Origin: Lytechinus pictus
Taxonomy: Eukaryota
Length of the DNA: 64,000 nt
Direction of reading: 5' to 3'
Assembly (NCBI RefSeq): GCF_037042905.1
Contig: NC_087245.1
Location: 21,702,001-21,766,000, forward strand
A model generated the notes under the pieces. That model searched no databases. It was not told where the DNA came from and saw nothing but the letters and a program-made list of their open reading frames with translations. Shown one piece after another: positions 62,788 to 64,000 of the stretch; the first letter of the stretch is position 1, and the number at the start of each line of letters is the position of its first letter. Made by a program: the position numbers and the translations under genes.

Positions 62788-63259
62788 CGCATACATTCGT
62801 AATTCCGAAGGTTCGGTTATTCCGAAGGTTCGTATTTCCAAAGGTTCGTAATTCCGAAGGATCGTTAATACGAAAACGAAATAAGGTTCGTAATTCCGAA
62901 GGTTCGTTAGTCCGAAATCGAATTGAGGTTCGTAATTCCGAAGATTCGTTAATCCGAAAACAAAATAAGGTTCGTTACGAAATTACGAACGTTCGGAATA
63001 TCGAACCTTATTTTGTTTTCGGATTAAAAGCACCTTCGGAACAACGAACCTTATTTCTTTTTCGGATTAACGAACTTTCGGAACAACGAATCTTATTTTG
63101 TTTTCGGATTATCGAACCTTCGGAATAACGAACCGTCGGAATAACGCCACAAATGTTCGGATTAACGAACCCTTTTTCGTTTTCGGATTAACGAACATCG
63201 AGGTATAGGCAATTTACGTGGTTCGGAATTACGAACCTTCGGAAATACGAAGTGTAACC
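62788..63259. mobile_element. Foldback MITE, inverted sister of 47499-47966
   Basis: CGCATACATTCG...CGAAGTGTAACC; exact TSD GCTGGCCC (8-9 bp). Confidence 0.88.
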
Positions 63260-63947
63260 GCTGGCCCACACCTAATGGAATGTTGACAATACATTATGAC
63301 ATGTATTGTAATTATTACTTTGGCTGGGGAAAAACCAAGGCGGGGAAAACCAAGGCGGGGAAAACCATAGAGATATGGGGAAATCCATGGGACGGGGAAA
63401 ACCCAACGCACGCGCAATTCCATTGTTAGACGATTCCATGCTAGAAAAAAATCAGCCATTTTCACAACACTTTCAAACGAGGAACTTCAATTTGTTTGGT
63501 TGTAATATTAAAGTACTACTGAGTAGTCATATAAGAAAATAAAAACCAACATAAATATGTTTTCTATTGATGAATTATTCAATGCAATTCGGTTTATTAG
63601 ATATAAATTGGAATACAATGCTGTAGTCCGAAGACTAATTGTGCAGTTTTTACAGTGAATATTATTTATCATTTATATTATTTAAGGCTTTTTTTGTAGG
63701 AATTCATTAAAACCATACGTATTTTCACCAACCAAATGATGCGAGCATGACGCGCCAGCTAATCTTTTTTATATTCAGACCAAAAGAAAGGGATTGGGTT
63801 AGTGTTAAGGCAAGTGTGAAAAAATATATTTGGTGTATATTGACTTGAAAACGGAATATTTTAGTGTCATTTATCCCAAAATCATGAATCAACGTTCCAA
63901 AGGCGCTCGATCGTACAAAACACCCCCCCCCCACACACACACATAGG

Positions 63948-63995
<48 letters not shown>

Positions 63996-64000
63996 GTATA
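63948..64000. repeat. (TA)n microsatellite
   Basis: Visible TA run, preceded by short poly-C and (CA)n. Confidence 0.95.

Overview
AT-rich, intron-containing animal genomic DNA. The repeat content (poly-G/C-tipped hAT-like MITEs, CGCGCGAAGCGCG motifs, Nin/Deu-type SINEs) suggests an echinoderm such as a sea urchin; this is inference. I assembled two gene loci by hand. (1) An apparently intact 16-exon, about 729-aa mitofusin/fzo-family GTPase on the + strand (22023-46863). It keeps the mitofusin exon phases but is highly divergent, appears to lack the transmembrane hairpin, and has substitutions at catalytic and dimer-interface positions. (2) An 8-exon internal fragment of a DPP4/FAP-family (S9B) peptidase on the - strand (7120-13794), disabled by a stop codon, frameshifts and a lost splice acceptor. 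The window also holds a 14-copy 297-bp satellite and an intron-containing tRNA-Tyr(GTA). The tRNA lies inside a 4.6-kb inverted-repeat structure, which is itself inside a Harbinger-like remnant. The rest is two L2/Crack-like LINE fragments, SINEs, Helentron-like elements and many MITEs. Almost all ORFs in the supplied track are spurious or partial exon read-throughs. Human MFN1/MFN2/DPP4 comparisons are from memory and need alignment checks.
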